Below are positions 21,098 to 31,653 of a stretch of DNA of 64,000 nt, piece by piece. Below the pieces are notes generated by a model, which saw nothing but the letters and a program-made list of their open reading frames with translations, did not search any database and was not told where the DNA came from. Position 1 is the stretch's first letter, and each line of letters starts with the position of its first letter. The stretch covers positions 576,001 through 640,000 of the forward strand of contig CBDDEL010000015.1 in assembly GCA_965226885.1 (NCBI GenBank), read 5' to 3'. Made by a program: the position numbers and the translations under genes. The stretch comes from Opitutales bacterium. Lineage in GTDB: Bacteria > Verrucomicrobiota > Verrucomicrobiia > Opitutales > UBA2987.

Positions 21098-23480
21098 CCC
21101 GGATATTTCGTTAAAAAAGTATCGTTGATATGCTTAACTGCTGATATACAGCAGGATAGATCAATAATTAAAGCAATATCAGCGATGACAAAAGGTAAAC
21201 AATTAAAGCTACAGTTGACAAGGGTAAAAGGCCGCCGTGTGCGGGTTGATTTCAAGGGCGGAGAGGTTACTTCGGATGCCGGACTGCTTTTGATCCGGGA
21301 AGTGGATCGGCAGTTGGGCTTGACCGAACGAGCGGCCCGACAGTTAGTGGACAAACGGCAGAAGGGCAAAGTACGCCATGAGGTATTGGGGATGCTGCGG
21401 CAGCGCGTTTACGGGCTGGTGGCGGGCTATGAGGATTTGAACGACTTTGATACCCTGCGCCACGATCCATTGTTGCAAACGGTAACGGGGCGCATTGAAA
21501 CGTTGGCCAGCGCGCCGACTTTGTGTCGTTTTGAAAACGGGCAGGATCGGCGGGCGGCCTTTGCGGTAAACGAGCTGTTGGTCGAACAGTTCATGGGCTC
21601 CTTTGCCGAGGAACCCGAAGAGATCATCCTGGACTTTGACGCCACCGACAATCCGGTGCACGGGCTCCAGGAGGGACGTTTTCTCCACGGTTATTATGAT
21701 CATTACTGTTTTCTGCCGCTATATGTTTTTTGCGGTGATCAGCTGCTGGTGGCCTACCTGCGGCCGAGCAAGATCGATGCCAGCAAGCATGCCGGGGCCA
21801 TCCTCAAATTGCTGGTTAAACGGATTCGCCAAAGCTGGCCCCGTACGCGGATTATTTGGCGCGCCGACAGTGGATTTTGTCGAGACCGGATACTCTCTTG
21901 GTGCGACCGCAACGAAGTTAGTTACATCGTGGGGATGGCTCGCAATGCACGCTTGCAGCAAGACGCCCAGCAGTTGCAAAAGCAGGCCAAAGAATGGTTC
22001 GAACTAAGGGGTAAAAAACAACGGTTATTCCAGGACTTCGTCTATGCTGCCGATTCGTGGCGATGGCTGCGGTTGGTCATCCATAAAGCCGAACACACCG
22101 CACAGGGGTCCAACCCGCGCTTCGTGGTGACGGGTAGTGTATTAAGTAGGAATGGTGGCTAATTCTTGATTATATTCATGAATGAAAAGTCTCAGACAGG
22201 TTTCATGCATACTCTTAAGCTTGGAAAAGGAGAGGGTTTTGCGTGTGAAACGACCCAGTCGTTGGCGCAGGGTATTGTTCCATCGTTCCACATGGGCCGT
22301 TTCACCGGTTTCTTTTCCCACGGATCGGTTATGAGGAAAGACTTCATCATAAGTGCTCCAAAAGTCGCTGTAGGTGGCACATCTTTTGTAGGCCCGTGGC
22401 AGACGCTCGTAAAGTTCCCGGCAACGATACCAATCCCGAGGCCCAATGGCATAGGAGAGGATTTGACGGGTGCGTCGGCAAAGAGCGATCCAAACCCATT
22501 GGGCATCGCTCTTGCGCCCCACAAAAGACCACAGTTCGTCCAGTTCAATGACATCATGGCGGCGGGCCGCAAGAATCGTGCTTTTGAGCGGTCGCAGCGA
22601 TTGTCGTTTTTTTTAACCAACTCAAAACGGTGTTGGGACTCACCCCGAAGGCGCGCTGTAAACCGCGTAGACTGCTGCGTTCCTGATAGACTCGAAGGAT
22701 CATTTCTTTTTGCTCTTCGGTGTATTTCACTGTGGGGTTTTCGCGGCTTTGTTTACCACAATCATGGCAGCGGTAGCGCTGTTTATGGTTGGGCGTCTTG
22801 CCAAATTTAATGATATTTTCACTTCCACAGTGCCGACAATTAATAATTTTAGTAACCATGCACTAAGAATAAACTGCCTAACGCTATTTGTACAGCTAAA
22901 AATACAAAATAACATTCTTTTTTTATACACTACCTGGTGACGAACCTGCCGGGCGATCCCCAGGAGCTTTACGACAAGGTATACTGTGGCCGCGGTGAAA
23001 TGGAGAACCGAATCAAGGAACAGATGCAATTGTTCAGCGAGCGCACCAGCGCCCATCAATGGTGGGCCAATCAGTGGCGATTGCTCTTGTCGGCGCTGGC
23101 CTACACCTTGATGGAAGCCATGCGCCGGCTAGCCTTAAAAGGGACGAAGTGGGCGCGGGCCCAATGCCACACCCTGCGGCTCAAATTAATCAAGATCGGA
23201 GCGGTCATCGTGCGCAACACCCGAACGATTCACTTTCACCTAAGTGAGAGTTATCCTTGGGCCAGTCTTTTCAACCATGCGGCCCGCCGATTGGTGCCAA
23301 CCTAAAGGGTGCATTGGTGCTGCCCCCGGCACTACCGAACCAATGGGGGAAAGGGGGCAGTGTCTCTACACCCTGAAAAACACCTAAAAATCAAGACGAT
23401 CTGCTCAAAATACAAAGAAATCCATCTCCATCTCCAATAGCAATAACGAGCCAAACTTTACCCTTCATGAAATATCCGGG
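21098..23480 (+). mobile_element. IS1380-family element interrupted by IS1
   Basis: Both IRs present; transposase split at RFVVT/NLPG; flanks CTAA/TTAG come from two different host elements. Confidence 0.92.
22133..22934 (-). mobile_element. IS1-family element (802 bp), intact
   Basis: Perfect 8-bp TSD TGGTGACG (22125-22132, 22935-22942); A8 slip site between insA and insB. Confidence 0.95.
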
Positions 23481-25271
23481 TTAGAGGTATTTGCATTTGG
23501 GAGAGTATCAACTTTGCTCTCCTATGACGTTAGGATACTGGTTTTGGGGTCCGGTTGCCTGGTTTTCTTTGTATGAGCCGACAGTAAGGCTGTGAAAAAG
23601 TATTGTCCTTGCTTTTCCGCTCTCTAGGCCGCCGCTTTGGTTTCTAGTTCGTCTTGCTGGGCCAGCATCTTGGCTACTTTCCATAGGTTGTGCGAGAGTA
23701 CCGACCAGGCTACGCTGATCGAGCGGTTGGCAAAGCCTTTGCTGCGCAACCGCCCGGCCTGCCAGCGATTCTTCAATACCCCGATCCGCCCTTCGGTGCT
23801 GGCCCGGCGCTTTTGCAATTGCCTGAACAGTGGTTCCTCCATCCGTTTTTTCAACTGCTTCGGATCGCGTTGACAGAGCGCGTCGTAGATTCCCTCCTGG
23901 GCTAACTGCCGGCGGGCCCGCTGGGAGGCAAATCCCCGGTCCGCGCACATGGCCGCTATGGGTTCTTCCAGGTTGAAGCGGTTCTGTCTTTGCAAACTCT
24001 CTTGCATTTGTTCATTTTCGCTTGGAGTTCGGCTGCCGTAGAGTTTCCAGTCCAGCAGGTACCCTTCAACGCTTTCTCCCAAAAACAGGGTGTTGCCTAA
24101 CTCGACCTCTTGGCCCGCTTTACCTCGCACAATCACCTGCCCATCGAGTTCGTAAACACTCAAGACTTTCTCTGCGTTTTTCACCTGGCGGCCGCCAATG
24201 ATCCGCTCGTGCGCCTGTTTGATGACCACCGGGATTTGCTCGCTCATGCGCTCCATCCGGGCGAGGATCTGTTGGACCTGTTTTTCGCTGTAATCGCTTT
24301 GCTCCCAGCAGGCTTGCAATAATTCCCGGTGACTGCGGGCATGCTCCCCGATCCGTTTGAGCAGCTTTTTCATCTGCCTCAAGATACCCTTGCGCTGCCG
24401 CGCGCTGTCCTTTCGCCGCCGGCTGTGGGTCATCTCTGTGGGTCATCTGTATGCACAGCCGATTCATCTGCCGAGCCAAGGGCTCCGGTTCGATCGGCAT
24501 GCGATGGCGCAAACCGGCCTTCTCGCGGATCAGCCGGATCGCTTTGAGCAACGTGCCGGCTACATCCTTGAGTAATACCCAGTCCGTCGGCCAATGAATG
24601 TTAGCCTCTAAACAGGTGCCGTCGATCAGGCAAATGGTGGTGTCAATCGGCTTGTCCAATCCCACCTGCCGGGCCAGAAGGGCATCGCCCACCACCTCAG
24701 TCAAGGTCCGGTGCAAGGCCCTCAACTGCTCTTCGCTGAAAAACTTCGAGGCCCGCTCCAGGGTGCTTTTGGAGATGCCCCTGATGCCATCGATCTGCCG
24801 GACACGGCAAAAGTCGGCCAACAGATCGCTGCTGCCCAGAGCCCGCGACAAATGCCGAAACGAAATCCCTCCGAGCAGACGGCCCAGCGTATCCATGCGC
24901 AGTGCCTTGATGGCAAAACTGGCCCGCTGCCGCCGGGCCTTTAGACCCATTGGCGGCCACCCCTCCAAGGCCAGCTCAATGGCCTGCGATTCCACCTCCG
25001 AGTCGATCAGCAGCCGATCGATTCGATCAATGGTGGCGCGGAAGTTATCGTCATCGAGGCACCGGTCGACCACAGTTAAAGCTGGACGCAGGAGGCATTG
25101 GATGGCTATATTTTTCATAGAAAGGGCTATATTGATTTTCGCTAACTCAATTATAGAACCCTTTTTTGGCCGGATCGAGCAAAAACTTGCTCTTTCCGGC
25201 TCTTTTTATCAACGTCATCCATCAACGTCATCCAGTTGACTATAAAATCTTTATATTTTTGGGACAGCCTC
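23481..25271 (-). mobile_element. IS5/ISNCY-like element, copy 2 (frameshifted, one IR lost)
   Basis: 13-bp duplication 24423-24448 splits the transposase; 52 terminal bp missing at the IS1380 junction; flank TATACTA. Confidence 0.9.
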
Positions 25272-25607
25272 TATACTAAAAGCCATATAGTGAACTTTTA
25301 TAATTATAAAATAAAGTTATATTGAAAAGTGGGTACACAGTTGCAGCGAAAATGCCAATTATTGACGAACACCCACCTGCCAACCCCAGGGCTACCTGAA
25401 TAAATAAAACCAACAGAAAGCTAGTGTAGTTAAACTGTTGGTTATCAAGGGCGTGTAGGTTAAACGTTCCATATTACCTGTTAAATAGGTGCAAAAAAAT
25501 CCTTGAATGGGTGGGTCATTTGAATAGGTGGGTCATTATGGCACAGCACATTATAAAATATGTTTATCATTAGATGCAAAGGGAAGAACCCATGTAGAAA
25601 GGACGAA

Positions 25608-25730
25608 ATGGAAACGATCTGGGCATACGGCGGTGTGAGCACCAAATAACAGAACTATGAACGACAAAAACTTGAAATATTACAATACGCCAACCGGGAA
25701 GGCTGGATGATTGAGCGTGATTGAGCGTTT
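25608..25730 (+). pseudogene. Serine recombinase (resolvase/invertase) N-terminal remnant
   Basis: METIWAYGGVSTK*QNYERQKLEILQYA resembles YxRVST..Q...Q; internal TAA; 10-bp duplication at 25709. Confidence 0.65.
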
Positions 25731-25922
25731 TTGCAATCAATGGGGTGTGAAAAATCTCCTATCTACTTGATGGTTAAGAGGGGTTAATAGAAAATATTAT
25801 TTTGCATTTTTTTGAGAAAAAAGCTTGCGGTTTGTTGGTTTATGTGTTCTGGTGTTCACTATTATGAGAAACCGACCAAAACACCGATGTTTCAGAAAAC
25901 GCAGGTTTCATTGTCTATGCGC

Positions 25923-26027
25923 GAATGCTAGAATTTTTGACCACGGATTACACGGATGAACACTGATAATGAATGCTGGATTTTTTGACCACGGATTACA
26001 CGGATGAACACTGATATTGGATGCTGG
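25923..26027 (+). repeat. 48-bp direct repeat x2 plus partial copy
   Basis: Identical core TTTTTGACCACGGATTACACGGATGAACACTGATA at 25934 and 25982. Confidence 0.9.
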
Positions 26028-26067
26028 TTGAGGTATTTTTAACCAGAGAGACTCACATTATAATTGT

Positions 26068-27801
26068 ATGAAAATCTGCGAATTTATTAAAAGAATCGGA
26101 AACGAAATTGTTGTTTCTGTTATGCGTCCGCTTTTTAAGATTCCGGGGCTGTTGCTGTTGGCCGCATCGGTTTCTATTATGACGGCACAGGCGGAAGATG
26201 GCGCTGATTTTATGGTTGACGCCATGAAGTCGAAACCGATTACGGGTGAGCCTTATGAACTGGACGGTAATCGCATCGTTTTCACGAACTGGTATTTTAT
26301 ACGCCCGGGAAACCTCCTCTGGCTCAATGAGGCCGGCGAATACATCAACACGGTAGAAGAAAATGTTGAAAACCCGGTTTATGGGCCCTGGGACGCGCAG
26401 ATGGACCGGCCGTCCTCGCCTTACGGAATTGAGATTAAAACACAAGCCGCCGAGCGGGCTGGTCCCATCCTGAAGCGGAAATATCCCTGGGAAGAAGGCT
26501 ATGTCATTTTCAAAACCGTGGTCAAGGACGGCAATAAATACAAAGCCTGGGGGAAAAGCCTGCCCGGCAGCAGTTGTTATTTCGAGTCCGATGACGGGAT
26601 GAACTGGGAACGGCCGATCCTGGGACAAAAGGAATTTAACGGGAGCAAGGAGAATAATCTGTTGAAACCGGGACTGGAAGGGACTGTTTTTATCGACCCG
26701 AACGCGCCGCCGAAGGAAAGGTACAAAAGCATTCGGGGCCCAAGAATAAATGTCGAAGAGTTTCAATCTTTTGTCGAACGCCATCCGGACAAATGGGAAA
26801 GCCGTGCAGTCAGGGGACCGTGGCAAAACCCGGAAAAAATTCGTGCCCTGGCCGGCGCTGTTTCACCAGATGGCATTCACTGGAAACACCTTGATGATTT
26901 TTTTACGGTGGAACATTCCGACGGAATGGAGACCGGTTATTACGACATTCACCTGAAAAAGTATGTCATCTATACGCGCACCTGGATGGTTGGAAACCGC
27001 TCAGCCCGCTGGACGGGCGATCCGCAGACCATGACCTGGATGGGAGAGAAGCATGGTTCCGGCCGACGGGTCATCGGGCGCATGGAGAGCGATTACTTCG
27101 GCGGATTTCCCGTATCCGAACCAGTCATCGTTCCGGTGCCCGGAGAAACTTCGCCTTCCGAGGTTTTCTACACCAGCATCCGCACGACCATCCCCGGCGC
27201 TCCCGAACAGCATCTGATGTTTCCCACCATTTGGGACACGCGTGACGACACTTCGAGCATCGGCCTATGGACCAGCCAGGACGGCAAGCTCTGGAACCGG
27301 ATTCCCGGTCCTCCGGTTCTGGAAACGGCTGAATTCGGGCAATGGGACGGGGGCTGCATCTTCTCTTTTCCCAACCTCATCGAATTGCCTAACGGAGACT
27401 TCGCGCTGCCCTACAAAGGTTATAATCTGCCCCACAAATATCCGCGCGGCGCCATGACCTTGTCCACCGGCTACGCTATCTGGCCGAAGGGCCGGATTGT
27501 GGCCGTGGAAGCGAAGGAAGTGGGGGGATTCGCCACTGTGGGTATAATTCCTCCGGGCCGCACTTTGCGCATTAATGCCTTAACCAAGCGGGCCGGCGGC
27601 ATTCGCGTTGAAATCGCCAAAATCGATGATTCTGTTGTCGCGGGCCGCAGTTTTGAAGAATGCGATATCATCCAAGGCGACCAGTTTTGGAAAACTGTTA
27701 GCTGGAATGGAGAATCGGACCTCGGTTACAAGGACGGCGACGGTGTCGTTATTCGGTTCCAAATGGATCGCGCCAAGTTATTCGGTATCGAGTTTCAATG
27801 A
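26068..27801 (+). CDS. Secreted glycosidase-like beta-propeller protein
   Basis: Signal peptide (AQA-E); Asp-box-like SxDGxxW x3; C-terminal INA...GGIRVEI domain. Start may be 26122. Confidence 0.7.
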   Translation: MKICEFIKRIGNEIVVSVMRPLFKIPGLLLLAASVSIMTAQAEDGADFMVDAMKSKPITGEPYELDGNRIVFTNWYFIRPGNLLWLNEAGEYINTVEENVENPVYGPWDAQMDRPSSPYGIEIKTQAAERAGPILKRKYPWEEGYVIFKTVVKDGNKYKAWGKSLPGSSCYFESDDGMNWERPILGQKEFNGSKENNLLKPGLEGTVFIDPNAPPKERYKSIRGPRINVEEFQSFVERHPDKWESRAVRGPWQNPEKIRALAGAVSPDGIHWKHLDDFFTVEHSDGMETGYYDIHLKKYVIYTRTWMVGNRSARWTGDPQTMTWMGEKHGSGRRVIGRMESDYFGGFPVSEPVIVPVPGETSPSEVFYTSIRTTIPGAPEQHLMFPTIWDTRDDTSSIGLWTSQDGKLWNRIPGPPVLETAEFGQWDGGCIFSFPNLIELPNGDFALPYKGYNLPHKYPRGAMTLSTGYAIWPKGRIVAVEAKEVGGFATVGIIPPGRTLRINALTKRAGGIRVEIAKIDDSVVAGRSFEECDIIQGDQFWKTVSWNGESDLGYKDGDGVVIRFQMDRAKLFGIEFQ

Positions 27802-27826
27802 TCGAACGACTAGTTTTGTAAGGGTG

Positions 27827-30655
27827 TTATTCGAGTTCGATCCTTACTTCAGAGAGATAAGGAGTAGGACCTCCATTGGGAGTTGTCAGCCGGGCACGGT
27901 ACTGAATCCAGGAGCCGTTGACTCCCGTTATTGGCGAGCCGCTTCCAGTATGCCAATCGTCGACGCCTAGGGGTCCCCGCCATGTTACCGATGACAGACC
28001 TTCTTTGGTCGCCGATCCCCGTAATTGAAATTTTACCATGGTCGCGTGGGGAGTTTCAGCTTCCCAACTGATGGCAACTGGCTTTTCTCCCCCGGAAATG
28101 TGATGAGCGGAAGAATAATAATCCTCGTAAAGGCCGCGGTCATAACTATTGCCCACATCGCGTAAATTTAAACCACTGGGACCTCCGGCCATAACTTCCC
28201 AACGGTTATCGGGAGAAAATCCCTCCGGTCCGCCCCAATAAAGCATTGACTTGGTGGTATGGCGGTGCGGTTCCGGTCGAAGGGTGGAGCCTGACCTGCG
28301 ATGGTTTGCGACTAGAATATCGAGGTAGCCGTCGCCATCGTAATCGAGAGTTTCTGAACCGGATGAACCGTAAGTGGGCAGCTCAATACGAGGGCGGACA
28401 TTAAATCCCTTGGCATTTCCGAAATAAATCAGCGCGGGGCGGTTCCCGCTTACCTCGCCCCCGTAACTGGTCAGGAATATGTCGAGCCATCCGTCCCGGT
28501 CGAAATCGGTAATGCTGTTCTGATAGGGAACATAGGAGCGGATCTCATCCCGCCAGTTATTCGAAAATCCTTCTGAGGATCCGTAGTAAATAAAGGAAGA
28601 TTTTTCAGTCCCTTCCGGCGGGCCGCGTTGAGGAAAAATGAGATCGAGCCAACCATCCCGATTGAAGTCCGCTCCTTTGATGTACATGAGGTGATCCAAG
28701 CGACCAAGATCGATTTCGGAAGAATGTTCATTGGCGAAGCCCGCAGAACCACCCCACCAGATAGTGACAAAACCGTCCTTGAGTTGTCCTGCAATGTCGA
28801 GCCATCCATCCTTGTTCAAATCCATCAACAAAGGTGCCCGCATTCGATTGGTTTGAAACGGTATTACGGTCCTCAGGTCGTGTTGAAATCCTATTGATGA
28901 ACCCCAGAAAATTGGGAAACCGCGTTTGTCGGGATCGTCCAAATCGACGCTGACACCACCCGCAACCATATCAAGCCAGCCGTCTTTATTGATATCGGCA
29001 ATGCGAACGCCGCCATAAGCCATATCCATGGATAGGTTAGTAGGTCCGAGAAAATCATTGTTCAGAGAATCTCCCCAATAGATGACTAGCCCCTGCTGCT
29101 TGTGGTTTACGCCCGAAACGAAGTGGGAATTGGCCAGCGCCAGATCGACCGCTCCATCATCATCAAGATCGGCATGCCCGTGACCGAAGACATGATGAGT
29201 CGGAAGACCAGTCCGGCGTTCCGGGGTGAAGTTTCGAGTGCCATCGCCCCAATAGATGTGAGTGGTCGAAGCGCCATCGCGAAACCCCCCTTCATCGTTA
29301 AAAAACACAACATCGGGTCGTCCATCGTTATTCAAATCCCCGATGGTATTGGCCATGGAGCCCTGGGTTGCCAATTGGGAGTGATGGCCAAAGGAAAATC
29401 GCCCGTTTACGTTCCAGAAGACATAAGAAAGCAAGCTGTGCTGGTTGGTAACGTTGGCATTACTGACAACAAGTTCCGGCAGGCCATCGCCGTTGAGGTC
29501 TCCCGCGCTCAGGCCGGAAGCTCCGAGAGTAGGCAGCGAAAGCGGCTCACGGGTGGAAAAATCTTTGCCATCGGAGTAAAAGACGAAGGATTGAGTCCAG
29601 GTGGCTCCACCCGGTGTGGAGTAGTTGGCAACTGCCACATCGTCCAGGCCATCGCCGTCGAAATCGGCCAGAACCACATCGCGGGGAGTATCGACGGGCA
29701 GAGTAACGGAATGGACGGGATCGAATCCTGCTACGCTGCCAAACAATACTTTGACACCCCCCGAAATGCAGATTGCCAGGTCTGGAAATTCGTCATTGTT
29801 CACGTTTCCAATGGCCAGGGCTTTACCGCCCTGAGACAGTTCCTGCCGCGCTTCCGTGTCAATAAAGGCATTTCGGGTCGAGTAGAAAATATATGTTTTG
29901 CCCGATGCCAGGGCAACGAGGTCCTCCGTGCCGTCTTTGTCGAGATCTGCGGAAGCAACATTTTGAGCGCCTTTGTTTTCAAAAGTCAGGTTCAGGCGAT
30001 TGGCGGCGTCAAAACCTTTCGGTGAATTCCAGTATATGAAGCTCATCCGGGGGCTATCCGGGTCGTTGGATTGCCACCGACAGCCGATGACCAGATCGAG
30101 CCAGCCGTCGCCATTAAAATCGCCCACCGCCATGTCGGTGCCGCGAAATGCCGGCAGCTCCGTGCGTCGTTCGGTAGTGAATCCATCTTTTGCCCCGTAA
30201 TAAATCCAGGTATCGACGTTACCGTAGTGGCTGTCGGAATGGTTGACCACTGCGAGATCGTTCCAGCCGTCTTTATTGAAATCGGCGACCAGTCCGCCTC
30301 TCGATCCGTTGCCGGGAAGTTCGATGCGGCTTCGCCCATCGATGTCCGTTCCATTATTGAGATAAATGTAGGTGTTTTCCTTTTCGGTGTGGCCGTGGCC
30401 GCTCGGCATAACGATATCGAGGTAGCCGTCGCCGTTCAAATCCCAGCGATTGATAATCTGGATGCGTCCCCGGGCGGAAACGTAAATATTGCTCCCCGCG
30501 TCGAGAAAGGTTCCATTCCGAAAATCCTCGAATGAATTCTCTGTCCAAACGGAGGCGGCATAAGCGCTATGGACAATGAAGAAGGTTACCAAACCGGTAA
30601 CAAGAGTAGATAGCAGACCCCGGCTCCAGTTAATCGAAGACGAATTATTTCTCAT
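27827..30655 (-). CDS. Secreted FG-GAP/VCBS repeat protein
   Basis: 942 aa; signal peptide AYA-A; many DxNxDGxxD repeats. Confidence 0.9.
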   Translation of the reverse strand: MRNNSSSINWSRGLLSTLVTGLVTFFIVHSAYAASVWTENSFEDFRNGTFLDAGSNIYVSARGRIQIINRWDLNGDGYLDIVMPSGHGHTEKENTYIYLNNGTDIDGRSRIELPGNGSRGGLVADFNKDGWNDLAVVNHSDSHYGNVDTWIYYGAKDGFTTERRTELPAFRGTDMAVGDFNGDGWLDLVIGCRWQSNDPDSPRMSFIYWNSPKGFDAANRLNLTFENKGAQNVASADLDKDGTEDLVALASGKTYIFYSTRNAFIDTEARQELSQGGKALAIGNVNNDEFPDLAICISGGVKVLFGSVAGFDPVHSVTLPVDTPRDVVLADFDGDGLDDVAVANYSTPGGATWTQSFVFYSDGKDFSTREPLSLPTLGASGLSAGDLNGDGLPELVVSNANVTNQHSLLSYVFWNVNGRFSFGHHSQLATQGSMANTIGDLNNDGRPDVVFFNDEGGFRDGASTTHIYWGDGTRNFTPERRTGLPTHHVFGHGHADLDDDGAVDLALANSHFVSGVNHKQQGLVIYWGDSLNNDFLGPTNLSMDMAYGGVRIADINKDGWLDMVAGGVSVDLDDPDKRGFPIFWGSSIGFQHDLRTVIPFQTNRMRAPLLMDLNKDGWLDIAGQLKDGFVTIWWGGSAGFANEHSSEIDLGRLDHLMYIKGADFNRDGWLDLIFPQRGPPEGTEKSSFIYYGSSEGFSNNWRDEIRSYVPYQNSITDFDRDGWLDIFLTSYGGEVSGNRPALIYFGNAKGFNVRPRIELPTYGSSGSETLDYDGDGYLDILVANHRRSGSTLRPEPHRHTTKSMLYWGGPEGFSPDNRWEVMAGGPSGLNLRDVGNSYDRGLYEDYYSSAHHISGGEKPVAISWEAETPHATMVKFQLRGSATKEGLSSVTWRGPLGVDDWHTGSGSPITGVNGSWIQYRARLTTPNGGPTPYLSEVRIELE

Positions 30656-31653
30656 AGCGAAAAGACGAAGAGTGGTTGTATGTATTCACAACGCCGTTGT
30701 ATGTATTCACAACGCCAATTGCCATGAATATTTTGAAATTTCAGCTTAAAGCGTTGGCAATGGCTAAAATGGATTGCCAGGCCCCCCAGACGGCGAGAAG
30801 AAAAAGCGCGGCTAGAATGAGATTCTCCCACCATTTGTTGCGATACTCGAAACCGATGAATTTTTTCCGGGAGGTAATGTACCAAAGCCCGCCCGATAAT
30901 ACGGGAAGCACAATCACTCCGGCAGCGTTGGCAATAAGAGTGAGCGAGATAAACCCGGGCATGTTCGGGAGGGACCAGATCAACGGTGAAAACAGGCACC
31001 ATAATGCGACAAAACGATAGATTTTGGAATGGCTGACATCTTCCTGGACAACTTTCGTCGGTTCCGTAGAACGGCTTATCTTGACGATGTCGCATAACAT
31101 GTAACTGTAGCCAATGGCGTTGCCGATGATTGAGCTGTAGAGGGCGGCAAAAACGCCCAGGTAAAAAATGGGGCCGCCAAATTTACCCAATACAATCGTT
31201 AGAAGATTAGCCAGGTCATCCAGGCTTTCCACGGTGATTCCTTTGGGATTGAGAATCTCCGCACCGACCGTCCAGACGGAAAGATCGAGAACGATCAGGA
31301 CAAGGGTTCCGAAGGCCAGATCGTAAAGTTGCAAGCGCCGGAACTTCGGCCCAATCCAGCCTTTTTGCTGAATGAAATAGGGATAAAGAAGGTTGGCGAT
31401 GGAACCGCCCACGGCGCCGATCAAGGCAGTTACCACAAGGATGACGCTAAAGGAGCCCTTCTGTTCCGGCATAGCGAATAGAAAGACTCCCTTTGCCGCC
31501 TGAATGGGGCTGGGACCGCTCCAAAGGGCTACCCCTATAAGCGACACGCTGAGAATGGCCAAAAGAACATAAAATACCTTTTCAATATGTCCGAAGAGAC
31601 CGCGTAAAACTAATACTGCGGCGACCAATACCCAGAAAATCGACCAGTACTAG

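Noticed and set aside
25923..26027. Mini CRISPR array
   Set aside because: Only two cores, separated by 13 nt that is itself repeated; no cas genes.
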